DNA of 64,000 nucleotides from NCBI RefSeq assembly GCF_056712565.1, contig NZ_CM160072.1; one strand, 5' to 3'. Shown piece by piece: positions 63,532 to 64,000 of this stretch (position 1 is its first letter; each line of letters starts with the position of its first letter). The notes under the pieces were generated by a model. It saw only the letters and a program-made list of their open reading frames with translations, ran no database searches and was not told where the DNA came from. The position numbers and the translations under genes were made by a program.

Positions 63532-64000
63532 TGGACCGCGTCCTTCATTTTGTACTGGCACTTGCCGTTGTTGCGATTCTCGCACTGCTGGTAAGCAGCG
63601 ACCGCAAAAAAATTCGTATCCGTTATGTTATTCAACTGCTTGTTATCGAAGTGTTACTGGCGTGGTTCTTCCTGAACTCCGACGTTGGTCTGGGCTTCGT
63701 GAAAGGCTTCTCCGAAATGTTCGAAAAACTGCTCGGATTTGCCAACGAAGGGACTAACTTCGTCTTTGGTAGCATGAATGATCAAGGCCTGGCATTCTTC
63801 TTCCTGAAAGTGCTGTGCCCAATCGTCTTTATCTCTGCGCTGATCGGTATTCTCCAGCATATTCGCGTATTGCCGGTGATTATCCGCGCAATTGGTTTCC
63901 TGCTCTCCAAAGTCAACGGCATGGGCAAACTGGAATCCTTTAACGCCGTCAGCTCCCTGATTCTGGGTCAGTCTGAAAACTTTATTGCCTATAAAGATAT
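63532..64000 (+). CDS. nupC: Nucleoside:H+ symporter NupC (N-terminal part; runs off the window end)
   Basis: [35 protein letters not shown]... Confidence 0.9.

Overview
The window falls into two parts. Positions 1 to about 27080 are the right-hand ~27 kb of a P22-like (Sf6/HK620-arrangement) prophage. Positions 27180 to 64000 are an enterobacterial core segment that is gene-for-gene syntenic with E. coli K-12, in the order dsdC, dsdXA, emrYK, evgAS, yfdE, yfdV, oxc, frc, yfdX, ypdI, yfdY, lpxP, alaC, ypdABC, fryA, ypdEF, fryCB, glk, yfeO, ypeC, mntH and nupC. All family and name calls are my recognition of the translated ORFs from memory; no database was searched.

The prophage is a mosaic lambdoid. 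Its virion module is P22-type and lies on the minus strand (ejection proteins, tail needle gp26, gp10, gp4, coat, scaffold, portal, TerL, TerS), with an orf80/Rha pair beside it. The lysis cassette (S, R, Rz/Rz1) and the 5' flank of S are lambda-type. Q is phage-82-type. The nin region carries ninH, rusA, ybcO-like, a second Rha gene, ninF, ninE and ninB plus four tiny unknown ORFs. Replication uses a DnaB-type helicase and an O-like initiator with iterons inside the coding sequence. cII is lambda-type and the immunity region (cro/c2) is P22-type. N is arginine-rich-motif type with matching nutL and nutR. The early-left operon on the plus strand holds an orphan 156-aa gene, cIII-like, erf, an SSB-like gene, abc2, an Ea22/DUF551 gene, an ASCH gene and torI. 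The prophage ends at an attR core identical to the 3' end of tRNA-Arg argW (27066..27080). The integrase end lies beyond the window start.

I saw no CRISPR array, no complete tRNA, no IS element and no obvious complete defence system. The candidates I would look at first are the orphan immediate-early gene next to N, the cluster of small membrane and Cys-rich ORFs at the head of the nin region, and the split argW-derived fragments that bracket torI.
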